64,000 nt of DNA from an uncultured Candidatus Kuenenia sp. GTDB taxonomy: Bacteria > Planctomycetota > Planctomycetia > Pirellulales > UBA1268. The position numbers and the translations under genes were made by a program. The notes beneath the pieces were generated by a model that had not been told where the DNA came from, did not search any database, and worked only from the letters and a program-made list of their open reading frames with translations. The stretch lies in contig CAZOMJ010000045.1 of the NCBI GenBank assembly GCA_964581055.1, positions 581 to 64,580 of the forward strand, written 5' to 3'. Shown in pieces: positions 38,399 through 48,426 of this stretch (the stretch's first letter is position 1; each line of letters opens with the position of its first letter).

Positions 38399-38659
38399 TC
38401 ACATCCGCGGCGCGAGATACTCCACGCATCCGGCGAGGGTGGTGAGTTTTGCGGCGTCGCGATCGGGGATGTCGATCGTCAGCTCCTTGCAGAGCCGGAT
38501 CACAAAGTTCTGAAAATCGATCGAGTCGAGGTCGAGTTCCCGGCGCAGGTTTGCGTCGGCGGACAGGGCTGAAAGATCAGCCTCCGGCGCGATCCCGGCC
38601 AGGATCCTGCAGACGGCGTCGCGTGCACGTTGCGCCGAGTCGCTGACTGCGTCGCTCAT
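38399..38659 (-). CDS. Stand-alone acyl carrier protein
   Basis: 86 aa with phosphopantetheine-attachment context RRELDLDSIDFQNFVIRL. Its ATG overlaps the E2 stop (ATGA). Confidence 0.7.
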   Translation of the reverse strand: MSDAVSDSAQRARDAVCRILAGIAPEADLSALSADANLRRELDLDSIDFQNFVIRLCKELTIDIPDRDAAKLTTLAGCVEYLAPRM

Positions 38660-39960
38660 AGTTTCTCCGGTTCCTGCAGCAGCCGGTCGACCGCGTCGAG
38701 AAAGAGCCCGCCCCGGTGGCCGTCCGACACACGGTGATCGGCCGCGAGCGTGGCCGTCACCACCGGCCTCGCAAACAGGCCGCCGTCCACCGCCCAGGGC
38801 CGCTCGGCGATCTTCCCAAAGCCCACGATCGCCACCTGCGGCGGATAGATCACGCCAAAGACGCTCTCCACCCCCCGATCGCCGAGGCTCGTGACGGTGA
38901 TCGTGGAATCGGAGAGCTCCGAGCTCTTCATCCGACCCGCGCGGGCCCCCGCCGTGAGATCGCGGAGGCCATCCATCAGGGAGTCGAGGCTACGGGTCGC
39001 CGTGTCGTGCAGGGCAAGGATCACGAGTCCGCCCTGCCGCAGCGAGATCGCCACGCCCACGTGCACCGTCTCCCGCAGCACGACCTTGCCCCCTTCCCAT
39101 ACGGCATTGAGCTCCGGCACGTGCCGCAGGGCGACGCCCACCGCCTTCAGCAGGAGCACACCGGGGAGCAGCCGCTTCTCGGGGCTCCGCGTCTCGTTCT
39201 CCGCGGCCAGCCAGGAGCTGGCGCGGTGGAGGTCGATCGTCGTGGCGAGATAATAGTGAGGGATCTCGCGTTTCGACCGGGCCATCGCGGCGGCGATCGT
39301 CTGTCGCATCCGCTGCAGCCGGTCGGCTGAGATGCCGGGCGGCAAAGGTTCGCCGACGGAAACAGCCGGCGGTGGCGGCGCAGCAGCGGCCACCGGCTTC
39401 GTCGCCGCCCGTTCGATGTCTGCAAGCGTGACGGCACCGCCGCGACCGGTTCCAGGAATCATCGCGGGATCGACCTGCCGCTCCCTCGCGAGCCGCCGGG
39501 CCGCCGGCGAGATCCGCAGACGGCCGGCCGCCGCCAGCCCGGGGCCGTAGACCGGCAGCACCGGTGCCGCGACACGCACTGACGGCGCAACGCCAGCCGG
39601 CGCCAAGACAGCCGGCGTGGGCCGCTCCTCCCCCGTCTCCACGGGCAGGATTGGCCCGGCGTGCCCGGTCGGCTCCGCGGGCCTCGCCACCTCCGCGACA
39701 CCTGCCCCAGATCCAGAACTTTCGCCGGCCTCGCGAATCGTCGCCATCACGGTGCCGACGCGGACCTTCCGGCCCGGTGGCACCAGGATCTCGTCGAGCA
39801 CACCGTCGCTGAAGATCTCGACGTCGATCACGCCCTTGTCCGTATCGACCTCGGCGATCGTATCGCCGCGGTGCACCGGGTCGCCGGGCTGCTTGTGCCA
39901 GGCGACGAGCGTGCCCGCCTCCATGTCGGCCCCGAGCGTGGGCATGACGAATGGTTTCAT
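38656..39960 (-). CDS. 2-oxoacid dehydrogenase E2 (dihydrolipoamide acyltransferase)
   Basis: Lipoyl domain with [12 protein letters not shown]. Subunit-binding domain [30 protein letters not shown]. Catalytic [14 protein letters not shown]. Confidence 0.88.
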   Translation of the reverse strand: MKPFVMPTLGADMEAGTLVAWHKQPGDPVHRGDTIAEVDTDKGVIDVEIFSDGVLDEILVPPGRKVRVGTVMATIREAGESSGSGAGVAEVARPAEPTGHAGPILPVETGEERPTPAVLAPAGVAPSVRVAAPVLPVYGPGLAAAGRLRISPAARRLARERQVDPAMIPGTGRGGAVTLADIERAATKPVAAAAPPPPAVSVGEPLPPGISADRLQRMRQTIAAAMARSKREIPHYYLATTIDLHRASSWLAAENETRSPEKRLLPGVLLLKAVGVALRHVPELNAVWEGGKVVLRETVHVGVAISLRQGGLVILALHDTATRSLDSLMDGLRDLTAGARAGRMKSSELSDSTITVTSLGDRGVESVFGVIYPPQVAIVGFGKIAERPWAVDGGLFARPVVTATLAADHRVSDGHRGGLFLDAVDRLLQEPEKL

Positions 39961-40955
39961 GCGGGTGATATCCGGGCTGCTTCTGAAAAGGCCTCGCGGA
40001 TGGTGGCCACGATCCGTTCGATGCTCGGCAGCGCCGCCTCCTCCAGGTGCTTCGCATAGGGGATCGGCACCTCGGCGGTGCAGATCCGCACGACCGGCGC
40101 GTCGAGTTCATAGAACGCGTTCTCCATCACGATCGCGCTGATCTCGGCCGCCAGGCTGCACGTCCGCCAGCCCTCGTCGACGATCGCCGCGCGGTGCGTC
40201 TTCGCGACCGACCGCAGGAGCGTCTCCGCATCGAGCGGCCGCAACGACCGGAGGTCGACCACCTCGACATCGATTCCCTCGCGAGCGAGTTCCTCGGCTG
40301 CCGCGACCGACTTGGGCAACGAGCCTCCATACGTGACGAGCGTCAGGTCGTTCCCCTCGCGGCGAATCGCAGCCCGCCATGGGTCGAACGATCCGGCGGC
40401 CTCCGCAAGTTCACCCTCCGTCGGATAGAGCATAGCGTGCTCGAAGATGATCACGGGATCGGGGTCGGCAATCGCCGCGGCCAGCATATGCCGCGCGTCA
40501 TCCACGGTGGCGGGCGCGAGCACCTTGATGCCCGGCACGTGGGCATACCAGACCTCCAGACTGTGCGAATGCTGCGCGGCCACCTGCCGGCCGGCCCCCG
40601 TGGCCATCCGGATCACCAGCGGCACGCTCACCTGCCCGCCGCTCATGTGCCGGATTGCGGCGGCGTTGTTGACGATCTGATCGAGGGCCAACAGGCTGAA
40701 ATTCACCGTCATCACCTCGACGATCGGCCGCATCCCGCCGATCGCCGCGCCGATCCCCGCGCCCACGAACGCCGATTCAGACAGCGGCGCATCGCGAATC
40801 CGCTCCGGCCCGAACTCCTCGAGGAACCCCTTGCTGCACGCATACGCACCGCCGTAGCGTCCCACGTCTTCCCCCATCAGAAACACTCTCTCGTCGGCGA
40901 CGAGCGCCGCGTGCATGCCCGACCGAACCGCTTCCCGGTAGGTGATCGTCGTCAT
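39957..40955 (-). CDS. 2-oxoacid (pyruvate/acetoin-type) dehydrogenase E1 beta subunit
   Basis: [31 protein letters not shown] and a transketolase-like C-terminal domain. It has 4-bp overlaps on both sides. Confidence 0.88.
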   Translation of the reverse strand: MTTITYREAVRSGMHAALVADERVFLMGEDVGRYGGAYACSKGFLEEFGPERIRDAPLSESAFVGAGIGAAIGGMRPIVEVMTVNFSLLALDQIVNNAAAIRHMSGGQVSVPLVIRMATGAGRQVAAQHSHSLEVWYAHVPGIKVLAPATVDDARHMLAAAIADPDPVIIFEHAMLYPTEGELAEAAGSFDPWRAAIRREGNDLTLVTYGGSLPKSVAAAEELAREGIDVEVVDLRSLRPLDAETLLRSVAKTHRAAIVDEGWRTCSLAAEISAIVMENAFYELDAPVVRICTAEVPIPYAKHLEEAALPSIERIVATIREAFSEAARISPA

Positions 40956-41944
40956 GGCGTTGCTCCCGCCGGCGGCGTCAGCACATCCCTGCAGAGATCC
41001 TCGACCGGCTCCCAGGGGCCCGCTTCGGCGGCGGCCACCGCAGCCTCCACCTCCGCCGCCGCGTCGGCCTCCAGCCGCCGCAGTTCGTCGTCATCGGCCA
41101 GTCCCCAGCCACGGAGCTGCGTCGGAAACGTCGCCAGCGGATCGCGGGCCCGCCACTGTTCGACCTCCTCCTTCGGTCTGTACAGCTCCGGGTCGTACAT
41201 CGAGTGGGCGCGAAATCGGTAGGTGCGTGCCTCGAGCAGGTAGGGTGCCCGCATGCCGCGGACGAGTTCCACGGCCAGTCGCGTGGCGGCCTCGACGGCC
41301 ATGACGTCCATGCCGTCGACCACGCTCGATTCCATTCCATACGCATCGGCCTTGCGGTGGAGAATCGGCATCGCCTGATGGCGGACGAGCGCGGTGCCCA
41401 TGGCGTAGAGGTTGTTCTCGCAGAGAAAGAGCACCGGCAGCTTCCACAGCGCCGCGAGGTTGAGCGATTCGTGAAACTCCCCCTCCGCCACCGCGCCGTC
41501 CCCGAAGAAACAGATCGTCACGTGCGGGCGGGCCTGCATGGCGTCGGCCAGCGCCAGACCGACAGCCAGCGGCAGGCCGCCGGCCACGATCGCGTTGCCG
41601 CCGTAGATGCCGTGGGCGACGTCGAAGAGGTGCATCGAACCGCCGCGGCCACGGCTGCAGCCGTTCGCCTTGCCGAACATCTCCGCCATCACCGCGGCCG
41701 ACGGCACACCGCGGGCGAGCGCATGGGCATGTTCGCGGTAGGCTGCCACGATCCTGTCCTCGGCCGCGATGGCGGCAATCGCCCCGACCGCCACCGCCTC
41801 CTGCCCGATCGAGAGATGGAGAAATCCCCGGATCTTGCCCTGCATATAAAGCTCCGCCGACCGCTCCTCGAACCGCCGTATCAGGAGCATCCGCCGCAGG
41901 AGATCGTGGGCATGGCTGCGGGCGAGTGATGGCGTCGCGATCAT
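40952..41944 (-). CDS. 2-oxoacid dehydrogenase E1 alpha subunit (TPP-dependent)
   Basis: [31 protein letters not shown] and the TPP motif [33 protein letters not shown]. Confidence 0.88.
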   Translation of the reverse strand: MIATPSLARSHAHDLLRRMLLIRRFEERSAELYMQGKIRGFLHLSIGQEAVAVGAIAAIAAEDRIVAAYREHAHALARGVPSAAVMAEMFGKANGCSRGRGGSMHLFDVAHGIYGGNAIVAGGLPLAVGLALADAMQARPHVTICFFGDGAVAEGEFHESLNLAALWKLPVLFLCENNLYAMGTALVRHQAMPILHRKADAYGMESSVVDGMDVMAVEAATRLAVELVRGMRAPYLLEARTYRFRAHSMYDPELYRPKEEVEQWRARDPLATFPTQLRGWGLADDDELRRLEADAAAEVEAAVAAAEAGPWEPVEDLCRDVLTPPAGATP

Positions 41945-43737
41945 GGAGCCCGCTCCGCGGCGGCCGTCTGTGGCGGCTCCGACTCGAGCATCGACAGATC
42001 GCCCTCGGGGAGCCCCATCTCGCGGGCCTTGAGCAGCCGTCGCATGATCTTTCCACTGCGGGTCCGCGGCAGCGAGGCGACGAAGTCGAGTTCCTTCGGC
42101 GCAATGGCCGCGCCGAGTCGCCGACGGGCATGGCCGAGCAGGTCCCGTCGCAGGCTCTCGTTGCCGGCATACCCGGGCTTGAGCGACACGAACGCCTTGA
42201 TGATCTCGTAGGCGCTCGGGTCGGGCTTGCCGATGACGCCCGCCTCGGCGACAGCCTCGTGTTCGAGGAGCACGCTCTCCACCTCGAAAGGGCCGACCAG
42301 ATGGCCCGACGTCTTGATGACATCGTCCTTGCGGCCCACGAACCAGTAGTAGCCGTCGGCATCCCGCCGCGCGAGGTCACCGCTGAGATACCAGCCGGCG
42401 GCGAAGCAGGCCCGATACCGCTCGGGCTCCTCCCAGTAGCCGCGAAACATCGACGGCCAGCCGGGACGCAACGCGATCTCTCCCTGCTCCCCGGCCGCCT
42501 CGAGCACCCGCACGCTGCCGTCCTCGCGCCGCTCGACGAGCGCCGCCTCGACGCCCGGCAGCGGCTTTCCCATCGAGCCGGGACGGATGTCGACCGCGGC
42601 GACGTTGGCGATCATGATCCCGCCGGTTTCTGTCTGCCACCAGTTGTCGTGGAACGGCAGGCCGAAGGCCTCGCGGCCCCAGACGACCGCCTCCGGGTTG
42701 AGCGGTTCGCCGACGCTGGCGAGAAATCGCAGCCGGCTCGTATCGTACCGCCTGGCGACATCGGCACCGAGCCGCATCATCATGCGAATCGCCGTGGGCG
42801 CCGTGTACCAGACCGTCACTCCCTCCTCCTGCAGGATGCCATACCAGCGTTCGGCGGTGAACTCCCCCTCGTCGACGATGCTGGTGATGCCGCAGGTGAG
42901 CGGCGCGATGAGGCCATAGGAGGTGCCCGTCACCCAGCCGGGGTCGGCCGTGCACCAGAAGATGTCGTCGCGGTGGAGGTCGAGGGCCAAAATACCGGTG
43001 ACATGATGGGCGACGACCGCCTCGTGCACGTGCAACGCGCCCTTCGGCCGACCCGTGGTGCCGCTCGTAAAGTGGAGGAGCGCCGGATCCTCCGCTGCCG
43101 TGGGCTGCATCTCGTAGGCCGGCGATGCCTCCTGCATCAGCTTCCGGTAATCGTGCACGCCCGCAGGCAGCGGCCCGGGTTCATCGGGAATCACGATCAC
43201 ATGTTCGATGGCCGCGACCGCGGCCCCGTCTCCATTGCCTTGCCGCAGCCCGGCTACCCGACGCCGATAGAGGCTCTGCGTGGTCACGAGCACCCGTGGC
43301 CGGCCGATGGCAATGCGGGCCAGCAGCGGCTCCGGGCCGAATGCCGCAAAAAGTGGCGTGAAGACGGCGCGGGCTTTCAGCGTGCCAAACGCCGCGACGA
43401 AGAGTTCGGGAATGCGGCCGGCGAGCACGAACACGCGATCGCCCGGCCGGGTGCCGAGCCGCTCGAGCACGTTGGCGAACCGGTTCGTGAGCTGTGACAG
43501 TTCGGCATACGTGATGTCGTGACGCGGCCCCGACAGCGGAAGAAAGCGGATCGCCACATGGTCGTCGCGGCCCGACAAGGCGTGGCGATCGACCGCCTCG
43601 TAGGCGATGTTGAGCCCCCGGCCGTCGGGCAGGCCATCCAAGAGCCCACGGGCCCACTCCCAGGAAAACTCCGCGCAGGCCCGCTCGTAGTCGGGCATGT
43701 TGGGCGCGACGGGCAAGGCTCCGGTGGAACGCGGCAT
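41941..43737 (-). CDS. AMP-forming acyl/acetyl-CoA synthetase (AcsA-like adenylate-forming ligase)
   Basis: AMP-binding [13 protein letters not shown]. Also [24 protein letters not shown] and C-terminal [12 protein letters not shown]-terminal [10 protein letters not shown] as in short AcsA-type enzymes. Confidence 0.85.
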   Translation of the reverse strand: MPRSTGALPVAPNMPDYERACAEFSWEWARGLLDGLPDGRGLNIAYEAVDRHALSGRDDHVAIRFLPLSGPRHDITYAELSQLTNRFANVLERLGTRPGDRVFVLAGRIPELFVAAFGTLKARAVFTPLFAAFGPEPLLARIAIGRPRVLVTTQSLYRRRVAGLRQGNGDGAAVAAIEHVIVIPDEPGPLPAGVHDYRKLMQEASPAYEMQPTAAEDPALLHFTSGTTGRPKGALHVHEAVVAHHVTGILALDLHRDDIFWCTADPGWVTGTSYGLIAPLTCGITSIVDEGEFTAERWYGILQEEGVTVWYTAPTAIRMMMRLGADVARRYDTSRLRFLASVGEPLNPEAVVWGREAFGLPFHDNWWQTETGGIMIANVAAVDIRPGSMGKPLPGVEAALVERREDGSVRVLEAAGEQGEIALRPGWPSMFRGYWEEPERYRACFAAGWYLSGDLARRDADGYYWFVGRKDDVIKTSGHLVGPFEVESVLLEHEAVAEAGVIGKPDPSAYEIIKAFVSLKPGYAGNESLRRDLLGHARRRLGAAIAPKELDFVASLPRTRSGKIMRRLLKAREMGLPEGDLSMLESEPPQTAAAERAP

Positions 43738-43920
43738 GGACGGAAGCTCCGTGGGCTGTCCATGCCGGATGTGTTGACGACGTCTCCTGCATTATCCCTC
43801 CCCGGTCAACTGGAGCCGCAGAACCGGGCGTTTTCCCCCGTGACCTGGCTCAGCCACACGGGTACATTCATGGTTCCGTGGTTCGAGCATCTTTCTGGGC
43901 GGCCTTGGGCGGACCTTCCG

Positions 43921-46900
43921 ATGATCGGCATTCGCACGACACCTGGCCTGGCCATAGGCATCGGTCTCCTGATGACGGTTGCCCTGCCGGCAACCGCTGC
44001 ACGGCTTCGTGCAGAGGAGGGCAGCGGGTCGAGCGACGCCGCACGCTCCGCCTATGCCACCGCGGCGGCGCTGCAGAACCGCGAGGCCTGGGATCTCGCC
44101 GCCGACGAATGGGAGTCGCTCCTCACGGCCCACCCCGCGGATCCGCTGGCAGTGAAGGGCCGCTACTATCTGGGCATCTGCCAGCTCAAGAACGGCCAGC
44201 GGGACAAGGCCGCCGAAACATTCCGGCAGGTGATCGCCAGCAAGGCCGATGCCGCCACCGTGACGCTGGCCCGCTGGGAACTGGGCCGCAGCGCCTTCGA
44301 CGCCGCCCAGGCAAAGCCGTCAGCGGAGGCGTTTGCCGCGGCGTCCCGCAGCCTCCAGGATTTCGTTGAGAAGAGTCCGGGGCAGCCACAGACGGCCGAC
44401 GCCCTCTTCTTTCTGGGCGAGTCACTCTGGCAGGCAGGCAAGCGTGACGACGCCCTCGCCGCCTGGCAGCGATTCGTCCGCGAGCACGACAAGGCTCCGC
44501 GGATGCCGGAGGTGCTCTATGCCCTCGGCGTCGGTCAGGCCGAGACCGGCAAACGCGACGAAGCGATGGCCACGCTGACACGTTTCGCGGAAGCCTTTCC
44601 CACGCATGCTCTGGCCGCCGACGTGGCGATCTGGCGGGCCGATTTGGCCGTAGCCGGAGCCAACACCGCCGACGCCGAGAAGATTCTCGCCACCGTGATC
44701 GACGGCAAGGGCAACCGAGCCGCCGATGCGATCGAACGCCTGGCGACGGCGCGGTGGAACAGGAAGGACTGGCCTGCGGCAGCGGAGTCATTCAGCCGCC
44801 TCGCCGAGCGCTACCCCGACTCTCCGCGGGCGGCCCGGGCCCGCCTCTCAGCCGGCATCGCGTTTGCGGAGGCCGGCAAACGGGACGAGGCCCGCACGTG
44901 GCTCGGCCAGCTCGCCGCGGCCGACGCGCCGGAAGCTGCCGAGGCAGCCCATCGGCTCGCCCTCATCGAGATAGACGCGAAACAGCCCGCCCGCGCCGTG
45001 CAGATCGCCGAGCAGGCGCTGGCGAAACTCGCTGCGGGCGGCCGCAAGCCCGAGACCGAGACGCGGCGACTGATGGCCAAGCTCGCGCTCGATCGGGCCG
45101 ATGCCCTCTGGGAGATGCCGGATGGCAAAGGCCGGAACGATGCCGCCGCGGCGTATGCCCAGATCGTGACAGACTATCCCGACGAGCCGGCCGCGAAGAC
45201 GGCGGGCTCGATGGCGGCGCTAGCGCTGCTCGAGGTGGGCAAGCCGGAGGAGGCCCTTGCACAGGCCGACCGCTTCTTGAAGGCCTATGCCGGGCAGGAG
45301 AAAACAGACGCCAGCGTGACCGACGTGAAGGCGATCCGCGCCGAGGCGATTCTGGCAAGGGGCGATGCCGCTGCGGCGGCTGCGGCCTACCAGGCCCTCA
45401 TCGGCTCCGCAGCGGGGCCGCCCCCGGTCGCACCGGAACGGCTCGCCCGCTGGCGGCTGCGGCAGGGAGTCGCGTTCGTCGCGGCGAAGCAATGGCAGGC
45501 GGCGCATGAAGCGCTGGCAGCCGCAGCATCGGGACTGACCGACGATGCGGCGGCCGAAGCGGCCCTGCTCGACGCCACGGCACTGGTCGAACTCAAGAAG
45601 CCCGCCGAGGCAGCGAAGGTGCTCATCACGCTTGACCGCGGTCATCCCAAGTGGCCCCGTCGCGACGAGGCCCTGCTACTTTTGGTGCGGGCGCAGCGGG
45701 AGACGGGAGACAAGGCCGGTGCGATCGCCGCGGCGGAGCGGCTCGTGGCCGAGTTTCCCACTGCGAAGCATGCCGACGTGGCGTGGTATCGGCTCGGGCA
45801 GGCGAGGCAGGATGCGGGCCGGCACGAAGAGGCGATCCAGGCCTTCGGCAAGGCACGTGAACTCAAGCCCAAGGGTCCCCGTGCGGCCTGGTGTCTGCTC
45901 TCCAGCGGCTGGTGCCACGAGGCCAAGGGACGGCTCGACGCGGCTGTCAAAGCGTGGACCGAACTGCTCGACGGGTATCCCGACTCCACCGCCGCCGTGC
46001 CAGCGTTGCTTGCCCGGGCAGACGCCCGGCAACGGAAGGCCGATTTCCAGGGAGGTCTGGCCGATGCCCGGGCCGTGCTCGATCGCAAGGTGGCAGGAAA
46101 ATCACTCGATGCCGACGCCGTCCCCGAAGCCCTGCTCCTGGAGGGGCTCTGCCTGTCCGGACTGAAGCAGTATGCGGAGGCCGCCGCGGCGTTCAAGAAA
46201 CGGCTGGACGCCCAGCCGGATGGTCCTGCGACCGACCGCGCCATGTTCGAGATGGGGGCCGCCCAGTCGCTGGCGGGCCGGGGCGATGACGCGGCGTCGA
46301 CGTTCACCGCCTTCGTGAAGCGATTTCCTGAGTCGGCCTATGCGGCCGATGGCTGGTTCGAGCTGGGCGAGCAAGCCTGGAACACCGGTCGGCACGCAGA
46401 GGCCGCCTCCGCGTATCGCGCGGCAGTGGACCGCGCCGAGGCTGATGCCAAGGCCGGCAAGGCCAACGCAGCGCTCGCCGAACAGGCCCGCCACAAGCTG
46501 GCGTGGACGTTCGTCGCGCGTGGCGACCATGCGGCGGCGGCACAGGCTTTCGCCGATCAGTTGGTCCACCATCCGGGCGGCCCGCTCACGGCCGATGCCC
46601 AGGCGATGCGAGGCGAGTCGCTCCTCAAGGCGGGCAGGCTGGCAGAGGCATCGACCGCCTTCCAGGCGGCGCTCGCCGATCCAAAGCGGCTGCCTTCGCC
46701 GGATCTCCGCGGGCTCGCGTTCGTGCGGGGAGCAGAGGCCTTGGCGAGCCAGGAGAAGTGGGCCGAGAGCCTGGCCCTCGCCGACCGCTTCATCGCCGCG
46801 GAGCCGACGTCGCCGCAGGCCCCGCAGGCACGGTATGCGGCGGCCTGGGCGAGGCAGAACCTCGGCCGTCTCGACGAATCCCTGGCCGGCTACCGCGCCG

Positions 46901-47220
46901 TGGCCGACGCCGCCCGCACGGAGATTGCCGCCCGCGCCCGGCTCATGGAGGGCGAGGTGCTCTTCGAGCAGGGAAACCACAAGGAAGCGATCAAGTCCTT
47001 CTTCAAGGTGGCCTACGGCTTCGGTGAGAAGCAGGCTCCGCCGGCGTTTCATCCCTGGCAGGCACAGGCCACCTTCGAGGCCGCCCGTTGCTTCGAAGTG
47101 CTGGAGCAGCCGGACAAAGCACGTGGCCTCTACGCCGAACTCGTCGAGCGATACCCCGACTCACCGCAGGCCCCCGCCGCAAAGAAACGGCTCGACGCGC
47201 TCGTGGGGCCGTCGAAGTGA
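43921..47220 (+). CDS. Large secreted TPR-repeat protein (about 1100 aa)
   Basis: Signal-like MIGIRTTPGLAIGIGLLMTVALPATAA from the in-frame ATG at 43921 (alternative at 43870). The rest is Ala-rich TPR/YbgF-like repeats (A..Y.LG......G....A...F..), ending ..YPDSPQAPAAKKRLDAL. The ORF-track start at 43519 overlaps the divergent ligase gene and is rejected. Confidence 0.75.
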   Translation: MIGIRTTPGLAIGIGLLMTVALPATAARLRAEEGSGSSDAARSAYATAAALQNREAWDLAADEWESLLTAHPADPLAVKGRYYLGICQLKNGQRDKAAETFRQVIASKADAATVTLARWELGRSAFDAAQAKPSAEAFAAASRSLQDFVEKSPGQPQTADALFFLGESLWQAGKRDDALAAWQRFVREHDKAPRMPEVLYALGVGQAETGKRDEAMATLTRFAEAFPTHALAADVAIWRADLAVAGANTADAEKILATVIDGKGNRAADAIERLATARWNRKDWPAAAESFSRLAERYPDSPRAARARLSAGIAFAEAGKRDEARTWLGQLAAADAPEAAEAAHRLALIEIDAKQPARAVQIAEQALAKLAAGGRKPETETRRLMAKLALDRADALWEMPDGKGRNDAAAAYAQIVTDYPDEPAAKTAGSMAALALLEVGKPEEALAQADRFLKAYAGQEKTDASVTDVKAIRAEAILARGDAAAAAAAYQALIGSAAGPPPVAPERLARWRLRQGVAFVAAKQWQAAHEALAAAASGLTDDAAAEAALLDATALVELKKPAEAAKVLITLDRGHPKWPRRDEALLLLVRAQRETGDKAGAIAAAERLVAEFPTAKHADVAWYRLGQARQDAGRHEEAIQAFGKARELKPKGPRAAWCLLSSGWCHEAKGRLDAAVKAWTELLDGYPDSTAAVPALLARADARQRKADFQGGLADARAVLDRKVAGKSLDADAVPEALLLEGLCLSGLKQYAEAAAAFKKRLDAQPDGPATDRAMFEMGAAQSLAGRGDDAASTFTAFVKRFPESAYAADGWFELGEQAWNTGRHAEAASAYRAAVDRAEADAKAGKANAALAEQARHKLAWTFVARGDHAAAAQAFADQLVHHPGGPLTADAQAMRGESLLKAGRLAEASTAFQAALADPKRLPSPDLRGLAFVRGAEALASQEKWAESLALADRFIAAEPTSPQAPQARYAAAWARQNLGRLDESLAGYRAVADAARTEIAARARLMEGEVLFEQGNHKEAIKSFFKVAYGFGEKQAPPAFHPWQAQATFEAARCFEVLEQPDKARGLYAELVERYPDSPQAPAAKKRLDALVGPSK

Positions 47221-47269
47221 CACCGATCCCCTGGAAACCGCCCTCGATGACACGGGCGGAACATGAACC

Positions 47270-47974
47270 ATGAACACCCTCGCCCGCGTGCAGACGCTCT
47301 GGGAACTGTTCCTCGCCGGCGGCTTCCTGATGTGGCCGATCGTGGCGATGTCGCTGGTGGTGCTCACCTTCGGCATCGAGCGGCTCATCGCCCTGCGGCG
47401 GAGCCGCTTCGTGCCGCGTGCATTCGCCGCCGGCCTCCTGCGATTGGCTGCCGATGGTCCATTCGATCCGCGCAAGGTCTACCGGCTCTGCCAGCAGCAT
47501 CCTTCGGTCGCCGCCGACGTGGTCCGCGCGATGCTCGAGCGGCTCGGCCGGCCCCTGCCCGAAATCGAACATGCGGTCGACGTCACCAAGGAACGCGATG
47601 CCTCGGCAATGTACGCCAATATCCGGCCGATCAGCCTCGCGGTGACGGTCACGCCCCTGCTCGGACTCCTCGGCACCGTGCAGGGGATGATCCTCGCCTT
47701 CTACACCACGGCGAACCTCGAAGCGGGGGCCAACCGGGCGGCGGAACTCGCTCAGGGCATCTACGTCGCGCTGATCACGACATTCGCGGGCCTGTGCGTG
47801 GCGATCCCCGCGGCGATCATCGCGCACTTCCTCGAGGGGCGGATCCTCGCCGGTTTCCGCCGCGTCGACGGGGTCGTGGCGGGCATGCTTCCGCAGTTGG
47901 AGCGGTATGAAAACAAGGGCCGCGTGACGCCGGCGCAGTTGGCGGCCGACACCCCCACGGCGGGGAAAACATGA
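47270..47974 (+). CDS. exbB: MotA/TolQ/ExbB-family proton channel
   Basis: LFLAGGFLMWPIVAMSLVVLTFGIERL and the C-terminal two-helix hairpin TPLLGLLGTVQGMILAF..ALITTFAGLCVAIPA. Confidence 0.85.
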   Translation: MNTLARVQTLWELFLAGGFLMWPIVAMSLVVLTFGIERLIALRRSRFVPRAFAAGLLRLAADGPFDPRKVYRLCQQHPSVAADVVRAMLERLGRPLPEIEHAVDVTKERDASAMYANIRPISLAVTVTPLLGLLGTVQGMILAFYTTANLEAGANRAAELAQGIYVALITTFAGLCVAIPAAIIAHFLEGRILAGFRRVDGVVAGMLPQLERYENKGRVTPAQLAADTPTAGKT

Positions 47975-48393
47975 GCGTGCGAATCAACAAGGGTCGTCTC
48001 ACTGGCGGGCTCGAACTGACGCCCATGATCGACGTCGTCTTTCTGCTGATGATCTTCTTCCTCGTCGCGAGCAAGCTCGACGAGGCCGACCGCTTCATCG
48101 ATGTCGTCCTGCCCAAGGCCAGCGCCGCCAAGCCGCTCACGAGCCGCCCCCGGGAATTTCTCGTCAACATCGATCGCGACGGCCACTACTTCGTGGGCGC
48201 ACGTCCGGTGGCGCTTGTCGATCTGCAGTCGCTCTTGAAGCAGGCAGCCGTGGACAATCCGAAACGGCAGACGGTGATCGTGCGGGCCGACGAGAACGTG
48301 GCGCACAAGTTCGTGGTGGCCGCGATGAATGCCTGCGTGGAGGCAGGGATCGAGGACTACCAGGTGCAGTCGGCGGAAGAGCAACAACCGTAA
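47971..48393 (+). CDS. exbD: ExbD/TolR-family biopolymer transport protein
   Basis: LTPMIDVVFLLMIFFLV with the conserved Asp in the TM helix. 140 aa. The ATG overlaps the exbB stop (ATGA). Confidence 0.85.
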   Translation: MSVRINKGRLTGGLELTPMIDVVFLLMIFFLVASKLDEADRFIDVVLPKASAAKPLTSRPREFLVNIDRDGHYFVGARPVALVDLQSLLKQAAVDNPKRQTVIVRADENVAHKFVVAAMNACVEAGIEDYQVQSAEEQQP

Positions 48394-48426
48394 CCGGCCG
48401 GTGCGGCCCATCGACTTTTCAATATC

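Noticed and set aside
43826-43845. TTTTCCCCCGTGACCTGGC, resembling the left arm of the hairpin repeat
   Set aside because: Only the left arm is similar and no hairpin follows. It may be a remnant, but the match is too short to call.
43519-43920. Upstream extension of the TPR ORF (ORF-track start 43519)
   Set aside because: It overlaps the 5' end of the divergent ligase gene (start 43737) and encodes Arg/Gly-rich sequence with no signal peptide. The in-frame ATG at 43921 gives a proper signal sequence.
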